Shown here: positions 37,113 to 50,429 of the stretch, one piece after another
Layout of the letters: every line of letters starts with the position of its first letter
How positions within the stretch are numbered: the stretch's first letter is position 1
Assembly: GCF_028641065.1 (NCBI RefSeq)
Contig: NC_073387.1
Span: forward strand, 38,130,001 to 38,194,000
Length of the DNA: 64,000 nt
Source: Leucoraja erinacea
Lineage: Eukaryota
Direction: 5' to 3'
The notes under the pieces: model-generated
Told to the model about the DNA's origin: nothing
The model's database searches: none
Seen by the model: only the letters and a program-made list of their open reading frames with translations
Translations under genes and position numbers: made by a program

Positions 37113-38979
37113 AACATTTAAAATCAGAGTGAAAAATTCGAACTGATTTGGAGGCTAGGAAGAATAAAATTAATCCTATGTTGGTTACTTGTAAAACAGA
37201 TACATGCAAAAATAATATAACAGGATTACACCATTATGAGTACTTAAACTCGCTGCACTATTAAATATTATTTGATTTTGACCTTTGCTGCAATTTTCTC
37301 AGCACAGGACACGTCCCCCACCCCCATGAACAAAAATATTAAGCTCACGATTAATCTCGATTCGGCTTTCACAGCTCTCTAGAGCTCCACTGATTCGCAA
37401 CTTTCAAAGAAAGCTCATCTTCCTAAACAGATAACATTCATTCTGAATCTTGGGTTAAATTTATAACCATAGGATGCAAGCTGGAAAGCTGTACAAGTCT
37501 CAAATCTGGAGGTGACCGAAATAAGTATGGTTTAACAGTATGCAAAAAAGCCCAACATGGAACCAAAGAATCAGTTCAAAAGATGCACCGATTGCAAACA
37601 TTTTGCTTTGATGAATTTTCAGCCCACAAGAGGCGCAGTTGTGAATTGGAAATAAGACTAGAGCCTGGTGGCCACATATGTGCAATGGATCCCAATGCAA
37701 AACCTATACCAATGTCAGGCAAATACAAGCATAACAGTACTTATGAATATTTGCCTGATAGTTAACAGCGAGTGCAAGGTCAGAAACGAAAGTGAAATTT
37801 ATACCTGTACTCCTGAAGGGCATGTCGAAAATAATACAGCTCATCTCCTATAATTGCTTTTTATAAACATAGCAAACATTAAGCATTAATAACATAGTAA
37901 TTAACAAAACAAAAAGGTTAGTCACAGCTGGGTTTACCCGGTTGGAAGTACTAGAATTTTAGAAAAGTCGCAACAGCATATAGAATATATGAAGGTGGTG
38001 CAAATCACCAAGATGAGAAAAACAAATTGCTGGTAGAACTGAGATTAGGCAGGATCCATTGAAAGAAAAACAATGTTTCCAATCTGGAACCAGTCATAAC
38101 TAAAATTAACTGTTTTTCTTTCACAGATGCTGTCCGACCTACTGAATTTCTCCACCACATTTCAGATTTGCAGCTTTTGCGTTTTTTGTCTTTCAAAGCA
38201 ACTACAAATGAGAGGTTTCACTTATGTTAATAGACTGGAGAAACTCTCATTATTTTTCATTAAGTTAAAAAAGTAGAACTGATCCATGAGGTATTTGAAA
38301 TAATGCAGGGCACAGACTTATGGCAGATCAAAACCAGCATCATAGAATCATAGCAAATGTTGAGAAATATATGTCATTCCCTAAAAGGAAAATGCCATAG
38401 CTGATCACAAAAATTGACAACGATTGCAGAAAACTGCAGCACAAGTGATTTGGGGGTCACACATAAAGCACATTTAGGTGTGGCAGGTAAATTGGGAAAA
38501 GCTACTGGAAAGCACAGTTTTATTTGGAGGTTGGAGTATATGAGCAGGGAAGTTGTACTACAAATATACATGATGCTAGCGAGAACACGTCAAGTACTGA
38601 ACTGTATTCACCCCTTACGGAATGAAACATCACTAGCTGCAGTTTAAAGAAGTTTCAATGGGATGAATCTGGGAACACGTTTTGAGATTGAAAGGTTGAA
38701 CAGAATGCACTTGGAGTTGAAGTATAATGTCACTGAAAAAGATACTTGGGAACATGACAAGTACAGGTAGGGGACTTCATTGAAGAGTCTAGGATCAGAG
38801 CAAGGGGTGGGGTGCTAAGAGTTCTCTTAAAAACAAGGAAGAAATTATTCGAAGATAGACACAAAATGCCTTTATTTTATCTGTGTGTTTTTTTTTAAGT
38901 GTTTCGTAAAAAGCATCAAGTGGCTCAGGTCTGGAAGGCACTGCCAAGGATAGTAGCAGACTTAACTACAGAGCTAGTC

Positions 38980-39220
38980 CAGTCCAGAACCAGAGGTTTA
39001 AGAATAAGGGGCAAGCCATTTAGAACAGATAAAATGAACCACTTTTTCAGAGAGTTACGAGTCTGTGGAATTCTTTGCCTCATAAAGATAGCAGAGTCAG
39101 GGGATATGGGGAGAAGGCAGGAACAGGGTACTGATTATGGATGATCAGCCATGATCACATGGAATGGCAGTGCTGGCTCGAAGGGCCGAATGGCCTACTC
39201 TTGCACCGATTGTCCATAGT
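38980..39220 (+). mobile_element. CR1 3' fragment (older CR1 remnants at about 38200-38850)
   Basis: tccagaaccagaggtttaagaataagg...gatcagccatgatcac...gaagggccgaatggcctactc. Confidence 0.7.
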
Positions 39221-40226
39221 ATACTAAGAATTTTAAAGGAAAAAAATGTGAAATTACAGGGAAAAGATAGATTATTGGGACTCACTGGATTACTCTTAAA
39301 TTGAACCATAACATACTCCACCAGCCAAAGTGCCTCTCACTAATGATGGTTTGCAACTAAACCTTTTGAACACTTGACCTCTTGGCACAATATGGCCACA
39401 AAACATAAGCAGGTGAAGGGGGTTGGAAAGCATTACACACAATTAAATACTCCAATGGACATGTGGTAAATCTAGTAATACTACAACCAGGTAGCCTCCA
39501 TGGGGCCATACAGGTGAAGCAAGATGGAAGAAACACACACGTCAGAAAACAGCTTTCAGTTTATATTGGCACGGATGAACAAATACCATTTTTTTTTTAA
39601 ACAGTACCAGTTAATCACTCTGTAGAACTGTAATTTAATATGTTGCAATTTGCTGGTAAATTGTATAAATTTCAGGATACAAAGTCAAAACATCAAATAA
39701 ACGGCTTAATAGCTTACTCAACAAACCTTGAACATTGTAACCTTCCCAGTGTTAAGCTAAACATAACATTAAATATGTTTTACTATACTGTAAACTATAC
39801 ATGAAAAATGGGGTTTACAGCATCTTTCGCTCAATGTGTCTTTTAAAAAGTGTGGTGATGACACACACACACACCCTTTAGGAGGCAGTAGCATAATGCT
39901 TTGTGGCCCTTGTTCAACTAAGCATTCAGAACATAGGTCATAGGCCAATGTTTTCTTTGCTACACAATCAGCAATGTTATGGTTACTTCAGCAGAATGTC
40001 CATGCAGAGGAAGACCAAGGAAAGCATGAACTTAAATGCTGGAGTTAATGATTAACTCTTGGCAAAACAGCAGAATATTTAGTTTATTCTATTGATAAGC
40101 AAGGTCTGTAACAATTTAAAATTCATGAGCTCAAGTTTTCCTTCAATAAAGCAATACTGATGAATGTAGGCTCACCATTTCAAAATATTTATTAAATGCC
40201 TAAAACCAGTCCTAAAATGAGCAATG

Positions 40227-40445
40227 TAGACACAAAGAACTACATATGCTGGTTAATACACAAAGGGACACAGAGTGTGGAATAACTCAGCAGGTCAGGC
40301 AACATCTCTGGAGAACATGGATAAGAGACGTTTCGGATCAAGACCAAACTTCAGATTCAACTGAAGAAGGGTCTCGACCGTCACCTATACATGCTCTTCA
40401 GGGATGCTGACTGACCTGCTGAGTTACTAGAGGACATTTTGTCAC
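40227..40445. mobile_element. Palindromic Penelope-derived terminal-repeat unit
   Basis: taactcagcaggtcaggcaacatc...gacgtttcgg...cttcag | ctgaagaagggtctcgacc...gatgctgactgacctgctgagtta. Confidence 0.75.
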
Positions 40446-41798
40446 TTTGCCTATTTGGAACAAATTTGGATAGCCACTCAAGCCAGTTTTGATATTGATG
40501 ACCACCACGGCAAAATTTGAATACCAATCCACTTTCCTTTGCTAACTGATCTTTGCCATCCAAATGAAGCTTTATTCTCAACATAAAATTGTAGCGTTTG
40601 CCTGTGCTGTAGTGGTTCTACAACTGATTTATAGCAGTGGCAACCATTTATATTGGTGTAACAAACTAAGTAGTTGAGAATAATAAATATCCACAGGGCT
40701 GCTCTTCAGGTTACCCTGCTGTAAAATTACAGAGAAGACTTGGAAATCATAATTCATTTTCACATAGAACTTCATCCTTTACATAAAAGTTGAAGTAGTC
40801 AAAGATAGGTTAACTACATTAAAATAACTCGCATATTTAATGTGATATCAAATAGAAATTTAAACTTACTACTAATATAGCGAGTCAGTCATGTACAATA
40901 TGGCATAGCACTCAAATAGTCAAACAGCATAAACAAACTGAACAAATGTACGTATACTCACCCATCCAAAGGTTTGGTATATTTAAGTAAAGTAATGTAT
41001 AGGGCATAAATCAATCATGGTATTTATAAGATTAGTAATCCATCAAATAACAAAATGAGCAACTTTCTCAGTAAACTAGTGGTCGATTGCACAAGTCACT
41101 AAAACCATGATACAAGGACAACGTATGCTCAAGGTTGCGAATCCTTGCTACACACACGCTAGGAACACCGAAAGGGCAAGTTAACGTAATTCCTTTGAAC
41201 ATTAAAAACTAGTTGAAGTGCAGAATCAGCAAACTCTATGGAATTAACAAAGTATTCAAACATTCAGGCGGAAGCAAATTTGGCAGGAGCTCTGGAGACA
41301 CTACGCGGGAAGCACGATAAAATTGCAGTCGTTTCTCCGGTCACTAAATGACAGATGCACAATAGGATACTTCTCTTTCGCAGCGCCAACGCGGAAAGTC
41401 AGGGAAGCGACGCAGGAACTCGGCTCCTTTGCGGAGTAATTAGCAATGTCATCTCGAGTGACGACGCTGCCGGAGCTCAACTCGCAAACCACCGAGCGGT
41501 GTTTCGCCAAGTTGGGAGACGACCCCCGGTTTAGACCGCTATCCTAACCCGGCGAGGGTTGTTTCAACACAGACAAGCGTCGCTTCACAACACTGCTCGG
41601 TTTATAGTTTAAATAAGTGGAAATACTTCTGGTCCACTTCACGAGGGGGGAAAAAGGGCCCAACAATACAAAAAGGCACAGCTGCCAGGAGGCGCTTGGA
41701 AGAGGAGGAAGCTGCGGGCAGCCGGACTCCACGCCCCGGGCAGGGCCGGGTGTTGCCCCCGAATCCCCGCCGCCCGCAACTGCCCTCACCCCGCTCAC

Positions 41799-41988
41799 CT
41801 GCAACATCGTCCGGGTGCGGCGGCAAGGCCGACGGCACCTCCCCGCTGTCCAGGATGCTGAACCCTTCGTCGTTCTCGATGCCGGCGATCTCGCTCTCCT
41901 GCTGCGCCAGGAAAGCAGCGGCCGGGTCCTCCTCGGCGCTGCCCGTGGTGCCGTTGTCGGAGGAAAAGAAACCGAAGTCTTCTGCCAT
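41799..41988 (-). CDS. CLTB: CLTB coding exon 1 (clathrin light chain B; MAEDFGFFSS...EEDPAAAFLAQQESEIAGIENDEGF...)
   Basis: aagATGG start. Conserved consensus EEDPAAAFLAQQESEIAGIEND. CLTB-type N-terminus. gtgag donor. Synteny with NOP16, HIGD2A and FAF2. Confidence 0.95.
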
Positions 41989-42120
41989 CTTCGACGGGTT
42001 GCTGCCACTGAGCGGAAGCGAGACGCGACACACCGGAAGCTGCCCCGGCTCCCTGACGTCACCCTTATCCCGCCGCCGGCACCCGAAGCCCCGCCTCCCT
42101 CCCCGCACGTGATCATCCCT
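41989..42120 (-). promoter_or_regulatory. CLTB CpG-island promoter: ETS-like CGGAAG x2, full CRE TGACGTCA (42054-42061), GC box, E-box CACGTG (42106-42111)
   Basis: Motifs read directly from the sequence just upstream of the ATG. Function not demonstrated. Confidence 0.65.
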
Positions 42121-43244
42121 GTTGTGCAAAGGCTACATGGCTCTAAAGATGCACTGCAATGCATTGCTCCACTCTACTTTAAAGTGAGAGCATGTTAGAC
42201 AAATGAAACTGTTCCTCAGAACTAAAATAACCAATTCAGCAGAGTTGAGACAAAGGTAAAGGACTGCAGATACTGGAAAAACTAAATTCTGTGGAGAGTG
42301 ACATAGAGCAAAATTCCACATCAATAACTTTCAACAGAGTTCTGATGGAAGGTAATAAATAAATTCTCACTAAAGTGTTGGATGAACTACAAAATTGCAG
42401 CTGATTTACGTAAAAGGCAAAATTTGCAGAAAAGTAATGTAGCTTTTTATTAATAGTGATACATTTTGAAAGTCAAATTCAGTTGCCATATTTATTATAA
42501 TTGCTTAAACTGGACAAGCACTGTATTATCTTTACACAAAAAAATGGGTTGGTGGGGATATGGCCCTAAACCTTGGCCCAATCAAAGTCTGGGGGTTGGT
42601 GCCATTGACTGCATCCTACCAAGCCAGACTACCCTACTTCAAACTCTTAACAGTCCACCAAACCACTTTTCACACTACCTCGTAGCTGCCTAACCAAGTA
42701 CAGGGTTATGTGTACCTGTAAATCAATCCCTTGTCTAGTTCATGTGAGGCTATGTCACCTCTATTTCCCTCTTTGCAAGATTGGTACTGAGGGGTCAGAT
42801 TCTGTGTGTGTCCGTGTTAGAAAGTGGGAGAGTCTATATGTGAGCAGATATAATCTGCCAAAATATTGCAGTTGAGGTGTAATGTTACGGAATTTGCAGC
42901 ATCACAGTTTAGGTGGAGGCTCAGTATCGATCTGAAACATTAACTCTGTCTTTCTGTAGCTGTAACATCATCCACTGTCAGGATAGATAAGTCTCTGTGG
43001 TGATTTTGCAAGGTTTATGTCATTTCCCTGTCATCTATTACAACCTATATATTATCCTTCCAAGTGATCTGCTCAGGAGACTGAGTTGCATCCATTTATC
43101 GAGATACAGAATAATCAATTGATATTGGTTAGAGATCTGAAATGCCATCTGTCCATTTCTTCCATAGGATGCTGCCCGACTCTCTGGGTGCCTCTAGCAC
43201 TTTGTTTTATGCTCAAAATTCTACCATCTGCAGTTTCTTGTGCT

Positions 43245-44250
43245 CTAATTTATTTGTATTGGTTTATTGTTGTCACATGGTGATACAGTGAAAAACGTTG
43301 TTGGCATACTATCCAGTCAAATCTTACATAGTACAATCAAACTGTACGCAAGTTCAACAGATAGTGCAAAGAGAAAAATGCCAGAGTGCAGAATATAATG
43401 CTACAGGGTTATAGCGATACTCCAACTAAGAAAGTGCAGATCACATAAAAGCACAAAGGCAGCAATGAGGTAGGTTGGGATATCGGGAATACACCTTTAG
43501 TTTATGGGAGAACCATTTAGCAATCCTAAATTTAGTGGTACGTGCTTTCAAGCTTTCGTATCTCTGCCTGTAAAGAGAGGAAAGAAGAGTTCAGTTCAGT
43601 TTAGTTTATTGTCACCTGTATCGACCTACAGTGAAAAGCTTATGTTACGTGCTAAACATTCAGCCGGAAGACAATACATGATTACAATTAAGCCATATAC
43701 CGTGCACAGATACGTGACAAGGGAATAATGTTTAGTGCAAGGTAAAGCCAGTAAAATCCGATCAAGATCGTTCGAGGGTCAACAATGAGGTAGGTAGTAG
43801 TTCAGGACTGCTTTCTAGTTGTGGTAGGATGATTCGGTTGCCTGATAACAGCTGCAAAGAAACTGTCCCTGAATCTGTAGGTGTGTATTTTCAGATATCT
43901 ATATCTTTTACCTTATGGGAGAGGGGAGAAGACGGAATGACCAAGGTGTAAAAGGGACCTTGATCATGCTGGCTGTTTTTCCGAGGCAACGTGGTGTTGA
44001 TGGAGTCGATGGGTGGGGGGGGAGGTTGGGTTTGTAATATCGACTGGGTACATCCACAACTCGCTGCAATTTCTTGGGGTCTCGGCCAGACCTGTTGTCA
44101 AACCAAGTTGTCTTTTTCTACTTGCGTATGGCGTGCACAGCCTAAAATTGTAAGACAATTTGTTCTGTTTGATCTTCTGTTTGTGTACGCCAGGTTGATT
44201 GCTTTCGTTGAAACGGGGTTGAAACCAAGTTGTGATGCATCCATTAGGAT
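43245..44250 (-). mobile_element. Nested L2/Rex-type LINE 3' fragments
   Basis: Two inverted tails (gtttattgttgtcac at about 43262; ttcagttcagtttagtttattgtcac at about 43590) and the cctgataacagctg...aaactgtccctgaatctg motif. Confidence 0.65.
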
Positions 44251-45582
44251 TATTAAAATAATCTATGCTTGTTTCTTAAAGTTGCCAAGTAAAAAAAAAC
44301 ATACTCACGATCATAACATAAAACCTTTCAAATTATAGTAAGTGAAAAGCAAATAAAGAACAGCAGTTGCTGGAAATCTGAAATACAAACAGATAAAACT
44401 GGAAATGCCCAGAAGGCCAGGTAACATTGTTGCGACATAAACAGTCTATATTTCAAGCCAATCATCTTCTGTCAGAATTAGGATAAGTTAAACATGTTTC
44501 AACTTGCAGAGAAGGGAAAGGAGCAAAATAAATGTTAGTTGTCTCGTCAATCCAAAATTATTGTTACAAATAATGAATATGCTCACTGAGTGAAGCTTGT
44601 AAGAGCTTGATTGTCACACTTGGGTCGGTTAATCTCCTTCTCTAAGCACCTGATCTCACCCTGTCATACATTTAGTTTGTTTCCTCCACTCCCCATTCTT
44701 CTCTGCAACATAATCTATGTTTAATTTCGAACTGTCCCTAGATTTGAAATGTTAAGAAGAAACAAGACTGCAGATGCTAGAATCTGGATCAAAGAAAAAC
44801 TGCTGGAGAAACTCAGAGGATCAAGCAGCAACTGTGAAGGAATAAGGATGGTTGATGGTTTGTTTGAGATCTGCCCATTGAGATTCAGAGTAATGCATTT
44901 CACCCTTAACTAGTCTCTAAAAAGACCACTTATCTATAACTGCTGGCCCTGATAGCAATGCCTATATACTAAAAATGAATAAAAGTGTCTATCCACTGGA
45001 AACTATTAGATCAAATTCCATGTTAAAATCAATCTTGTTGTTCCATTATCTGACGTTTATCAATTTTATAGCTCCCCCAAATGCTTTAAGATTAGGTTAT
45101 TTTTCTGCCACATCACTTAATTATTATTCCAATAATATTGCTCAACCAGATGTCGAGAAAAGTTAATCTCAATTAACCATCAATGTCAACTGTTCACCAA
45201 GGGATGACATACATTATTACATTGATAATATAGGCTCATTTAATAAAGAAATAGAATTTAAGTAGCCATACTACTTTTTGATTCTAACATTTTCTGTTTA
45301 TACCTTTGATAGTAACTAAGCTATGACATATATAATAATAATAATAATAATAATATATTTTATTGTCATTGCACATCAGTGCAACGAGATTTAGATTTAG
45401 TGCAACGAGATTTAATATATGGTACTATTACTGCTAATATATTAATAATGAAGCAACTGTTCCTCAGAAAATATGTACACATTTATTCTAAAAGCAGAGG
45501 AACATTTATGTCAATTAAATGGAATATAGTCACACATGAAAAGTCAACGGGGAAACGTTTTTAACATGGCAAAACTCTACAT

Positions 45583-45723
45583 CTTCTTCTTCTTGCGTAC
45601 GGCGTGCACAGCCTAAAGTTTTAGGACAACTTGTTCTATTTGATCTTATTTGATTGTGCACGCCAGGTTGATTGCATTTGTCGAAACAGGGCGGACATCG
45701 TGAAGGTTGCAATCTCCCACCCC
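45583..45723 (-). mobile_element. Short SINE-like / LINE 3'-end element with (GAA)n tail; second copy at about 44118-44220
   Basis: Two similar copies in the window. Internal 10-bp stem ggcgtgcaca / tgtgcacgcc. Possible decayed TSD aaaactc. Confidence 0.6.
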
Positions 45724-46799
45724 AAAACTCCACTAAAATGTTTTAAGATTAGGCTATTCCTAAACCTGACCAAAATAACCTGTTTTAACATTATACTGAA
45801 TGGTAGGAATTTAATTATGAAATCCTTTCACTGCTCGCTCCTGACTTTTCTCCAGTGTTAATTTGCATGTTGTTTTGGGTATATACATAAGACTAGTTGC
45901 GTCTACAGCTCCTGATTATGTTCAAACAATGTCAGATTAAATGGCTCAGGGTCAATATCTGTCTTATTATGCTCTTGTTAATTGCTTTTGGGCTTTTTTT
46001 ATTAGGTTATAGGTGGCAAATAAATTATTGTTGAATATCTAGGTTCTGTCATGCACAAAAGATCATTCTCCATTTCCAATTTGCCTTTGAGCAAATATTC
46101 TGGATTTATATAATGATAATAACGGTTACTGAATTATAATACCTTTCAGGTTAATGGAGATGAATCATTCTTCAAAAAGAAATGTTAAACAGTCGTATTA
46201 AATGCAATTCATCTAAATAAGCAATCATAGAAGGCAGAACACGTAATAGTACTGCACAGGCACTTCGGCCCACAATGGCTGTGCTGAACAGGATGTCAAG
46301 TTAAACTAATCTTCTCTGCCTGCAAATCATTCATATCTCTTCATTCAGTGGATATCCATGTGCCTATCTAAAACCCTCTTAAATGTCTTAATTTAGTCTG
46401 ATTCCACCACCACTTATGGCAGTATGCTCCATCGCTAGGGGAAGTTGACAACGAGGCATACAAAGATGAAATATAATCAGGAGGACAGTCAAACTAGTTG
46501 GATAACTTGGATGGGGAAGGGATAGAGAGAGAGGGAAAGCAAGAAAGCTGCCCAAGCAAAATATGAGGTGATGTTTTCAAGAGAGTTAGATTTAGCTCTT
46601 AGGGCTAAAGGAATCTAGGGATATGGGGAAAAAGCAGGAACGGGTTACTGATTTTAAATTATCAGCCATGATCATATTGAGTGGTGGTGTTGGCTCGAAG
46701 GGCCGAACACCCCACTCCTGCACCTATTTTTCTGTTTCTCTGTTCCTCCAATTTGCGTTGGGCCGTATCCCATTGCTTTACATTGGGCTGATGCATTCA

Positions 46800-47403
46800 A
46801 GAACGTCTCACAGTCATTTATTTCCGTAGATGATTAAGGAGATTTAGTATGTTGACGAATTCTCTCTTGAACTTCTACACATGTAAGATAGGGAGCATAT
46901 TGATTAGTTGACACGACCTGGTTTGGCAACTCGAACGTCCAGGAACGAAGATTACAAAATGTGGTGGACACTTCCCAGTCCACTATGGATATTGACCTCC
47001 CCACCATTCAAGTTATCTATTGGAGACACTGCCTCAGAAAGGCCCCCAGTATAATCAGGGACCCACAACACCCTAGCCACGCTCTCATTTCACTCCTGCC
47101 ATCGGGAAGAAGGAAGAGCAGTCTGAAAACTGCAACTTCCAGGTTCAGGAACAGTTTCTTCCCGACGACCATTAGGCTATTGAACTCTGAACACTAACTA
47201 AACTTTTAACTATGAAATGTTTGGTTGCACTTGGGACTCAAGGCTACGTTTTGTTTGCACTAAATTGTTTTTTTATATATTTATTAAACTTTTTATTGTT
47301 TGTTCATTATGTTATCTATTGAGTATTATGTTTACAAACCTGTTGTACTGCTGCAAGTAAGAATTTCATTGATTTGTTTTGGTAAATATGACAATTAAAA
47401 ACT
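46800..47403 (+). mobile_element. Degenerate Rex/L2-type LINE 3' fragment (preceded by a CR1 3' piece at about 46578-46742)
   Basis: CLRKAPSIIRDPQHPSHALISLLPSGRR...RFRNSFFPTTIRLLN. Confidence 0.75.
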
Positions 47404-47921
47404 TTTAACTTTGCTCCATGTCAAAAATGTTCCCCAACACCTTGGGTACACAAGGAAGCCATAAGTATACTGGTAGTTGTGGCGTGTGGCCATTGTTATG
47501 GAGGGTAGACTGGTACCCAGAACGATTAAGCAGATTGGTTACACCTAGTTTGGATCTATGAATGGCCACCTTGATCAGGCCCAGCTCAGACCTACCCAAC
47601 CACACCCCACTCTTTCAACACAGTGCAGCAGGTGACCAAAAGGTTAGGAGTGAAGTGTAAGGACAAATTGAGGACCATCCTCATCACTTATGAAACATTG
47701 ACTCCCTGTTTTTCTTCTCTATCAGGTTCCCTGAGACAACATGTTTTAGCTACCAATAGACAGTGGATATTGAAAAAAAGAACCTTGTAGTTATGTCATT
47801 CATTTAACATTATAGAGATCTCAAGATTGTGATATCCTTTGCTTTATCTGATCTTTGATTCTATCAATTATGCCCTTCATGATGCACTTTTGATGGATTT
47901 TCATATTGATTTTGCTTTATA

Positions 47922-49884
47922 CAGTGCCCTCCATAATGATTGGGACAAAGACCCATCAATTATTTATTTGCCCCTGTCCTCCACAATTTGAGATTTTTTA
48001 ATAGCAAATCACGTGGTTAAAGTGCACATTCTCAGATTTTAATAGAGGACATTTTTATACATTTTGGTTTCACCATGTAGAAATTACAGCAGTGTTTATA
48101 CATTGACTCCCTCCCATTTCAGGACACCATAATGTTTGGGACACAGCAATGTCATATAAATGAAAGTAGTGATGTTTAGTATTTTGTTGCATGTCCTTTG
48201 CATGCAATGACTGCTTCAAGTCTGCGATTCATGGACATCACCAGTTGTTGGGTGTCTTCTCTGGTGATGCTCTGCCAGGCCTGTATTGCAGCCATCTTTA
48301 GCTTATGCTTGTTTTGGGGGCTAGTCCCCTTCAGTTTTCTCTTCAGCATATAAAAGGCATGCTCAATTGGGTTCGGATCGGGTGATTCACTTGGCCACTA
48401 TCAAGAATTTATCATTTTTTAGATTTGAAAAACTCCTTTGTTGCTTTAGCAATATATTTGGGATCATTGTCTTGCTGTGGAATGGACTGCCAGCCATTGA
48501 GTTTTGAGGAATTTGTTTGAACTTGAGCAGATAGGATGTCTATACACTTCAGAATTCATTATGTTACTACCATCAGCAGTTGTATCATCAATGAAGATAA
48601 GCGAGCCAGTACCTTCAGCAGCCATACATGCCCAGGCCATTACACCCCCACCCCCATGTTTCATAGATGAGGTGGTATGCTTTGGATCTTGGGCAGTTCC
48701 TTCGCTCCTCCATACTCTGCTCTTGCCATCTGGTACAAGTTAATCTTCATCTCATCTGACTACAAGACCATTTCCCAGAACTGTGGTTGCTCTTTCAAGT
48801 ACTTTTTGGCAAACTGCAACCCGGCCATCCTATTTTTGCGGCTAACCAGTGGTTTGCATCTTGCAGTGTAGCCTCTGTATTTCTGTTCATGAAGGCTTCT
48901 GTGGACAGTGGTCAATGACAAAACCACACCTGACTCCTGAAGAGTGTTTCTGATCTGTCGGACAGGCGTTTGGGAATTTTTTCTATATTGTAGAAATAAT
49001 TTTTCTGTCATCAGCTGTGGAGGTCTTCCTTGGACTGCCAGTCCCTTTGTAATTAGTAAGCTCACCAGTGCTCTCTTTCTTCTTAATGATGTCCCAAACA
49101 GTTGATTTTGGTAAGCCTAAGGTTTGGCTGATGTCTCTAATGGGGCTGTCCCACTGTACGAGCTAATTCAAGAGTACTCCCAAGTGTCTCCTGAATCGAA
49201 CTCGGAAAATTACGGTAATAGCTGCTCGTAGGTACTCGGGGCTCTCGTGGACATTTTACAACACGTTGAAAAATCTTCACGAGTCTTTACGAGCTTACCG
49301 TGTTTCCCGAGTACCTGCCGTTAGCGTTACGAGCCGCTAAGGGACGTCCCGAGCTCCGACGTACCCGCTACATACATTCTACGTACTTACCACGAGTTTG
49401 ATTTTTTTAAACTCGGGAGAGCTCTTGAATTAGCTCGTACAGTGGGACAGGCCCTTAACAGCTTTCTTGTTTCAGTCTCATAATGGCTTCTTTGACTTTC
49501 ATTGGCACAACTTTGGTCCTCATGGTGATAAACAGCAATAAAAGTTTCCAAAGGTGATGAAAAGATTGGAGGAAACACTTGGTGCTGAGAGCTCTCTTAT
49601 ACCTGCATGAAGGAGGCAATTAAACACACCTGAGCAATTACAAACACCTGTGAAGCCATGTGTCCCAAACATTATTGTGTCCTGTAATGGGGGGGGGGGG
49701 GACTATGTATAAACACAGTTGTAATTTCTACATGGTGAAACCAAAATGTATAAAAAATACTCTTTTATGAAATCTGACAATGTGCTTTTTTTGTGATTTT
49801 TTTCTATTACAAATCACAAATTGGGAATACAGAGGCAAATAAATAAATGATGGGTCTTTGTCCCAAACATAATTGCGGGGACTG
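47922..49884 (-). mobile_element. Tc1-family DNA transposon (long TIRs), defective transposase, copy 1
   Basis: TA|cagtgccctccataat...ggggactg|TA, with TIRs of roughly 220 bp. Fragments [48 protein letters not shown]. Confidence 0.92.
49141..49455. mobile_element. PIF/Harbinger-type MITE nested in Tc1 copy 1, TSD TAA
   Basis: About 34-bp TIR with core ctgtcccactgtacgagctaattcaagag. taa on both sides. The empty site gatgtctctaacag is seen in Tc1 copy 2 (about 54006-54019). Confidence 0.9.
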
Positions 49885-50429
49885 TAGCTTAACTAAAGGC
49901 CATTGAGAGCAATATTCTACCTACTTCAATCCCGACATCGACATAAATGTTAGAAACATCTTCTTTGAATTTATTGCTTTTATTCTTTAACATACAAGCC
50001 ACGCATCAATTTAACCAAAGGAATTATTTATTTTAAAATGTCAGAAGTTGCCCAGTTCCACTTTTTAAAAAATGGTTACAAATATAATTTAAAAAACTCG
50101 TAATACGTGCGTACTTCGCATTGTCCTTGATTTAACAACATTGTTCTGCCAAGAGTGTTTGATTGTCATTTGTCCCAAATGGAACAATGAAATTCTTACT
50201 TGCAGCAGTACAACATAATATGTAAACATAATGCCCTGTAAACAATATAATAAACGAGAATAAATGCCTGGGTCATTTGACAGTAAAACACTCTTTAAAA
50301 GGCTAGAAAAACTCAAGCAACATCTGCAAAAAGCATTCTCGGCCTTTTATTTTTGCAGCATTTCCTATGTTTATTTTATTTCTCAGTCTAATATTTTTTC
50401 TCCACCCGGGTTAATGATTCAAGACCACA

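Noticed and set aside
41989-42129. 47-aa N-terminal extension of CLTB suggested by the ORF track
   Set aside because: Begins at TTG within promoter motifs; the conserved start with strong Kozak context is at 41988.
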